DNA of 63,740 nt, the filler included, from Octopus bimaculoides (taxonomy: Eukaryota), in assembly GCF_001194135.2 (NCBI RefSeq). It is 4 parts of 4 records of this genome, joined end to end, with 100 filler letters (N's around TTAATTAATTAA, not from the genome) between each part and the next. Parts side by side here need not be neighbours in the genome. Positions count along the whole stretch, not along the records: positions 62,522 to 63,740 come from NW_026367992.1; 3 more parts are not named here. One strand, 5' to 3'. The notes under the pieces are model-generated. The model saw only the letters and a list, made by a program, of their open reading frames with translations, had not been told where the DNA came from and made no database searches. The position numbers and the translations under genes were made by a program. Of this stretch, positions 63,685 to 63,740 are shown one piece after another. Every line of letters starts with the position of its first letter. The first letter of the stretch is position 1.

Positions 63685-63740
63685 TTTCTCAGTTTCCTGA
63701 GCGTCAAACTAATACACCTCAGTCACATGACTGAAACAAG

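Overview
Repeat-dense, AT-rich animal genomic DNA from a gapped draft assembly. The SINE families and microsatellite load suggest a cephalopod such as Octopus (inference). No complete protein-coding gene, rRNA, tRNA or CRISPR array is visible. Most of the window is microsatellite, tRNA-derived SINEs and decayed transposons. These include four head-to-tail R4/Dong-type non-LTR fragments at (TAA)n tracts (2.1-7.7 kb) plus a fifth at 46-47 kb, and two families of Penelope-like elements (GIY-YIG). There are also two mariner and two Tc1 elements, a Helitron derivative, several MITE/fold-back elements, and RTE and CR1 scraps. The best finding is a structurally complete type I hammerhead ribozyme at 7971-8020. 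It sits in the centre of a ~550 bp fold-back element at the 3' tail of a Dong copy. A degenerate minimal hammerhead-like motif lies near 63.65 kb. Two phase-compatible minus-strand exons (26396-26537 and 25942-26012) suggest that much of the window is intronic sequence of an unidentified gene. All calls were made by eye and none was checked against a database.
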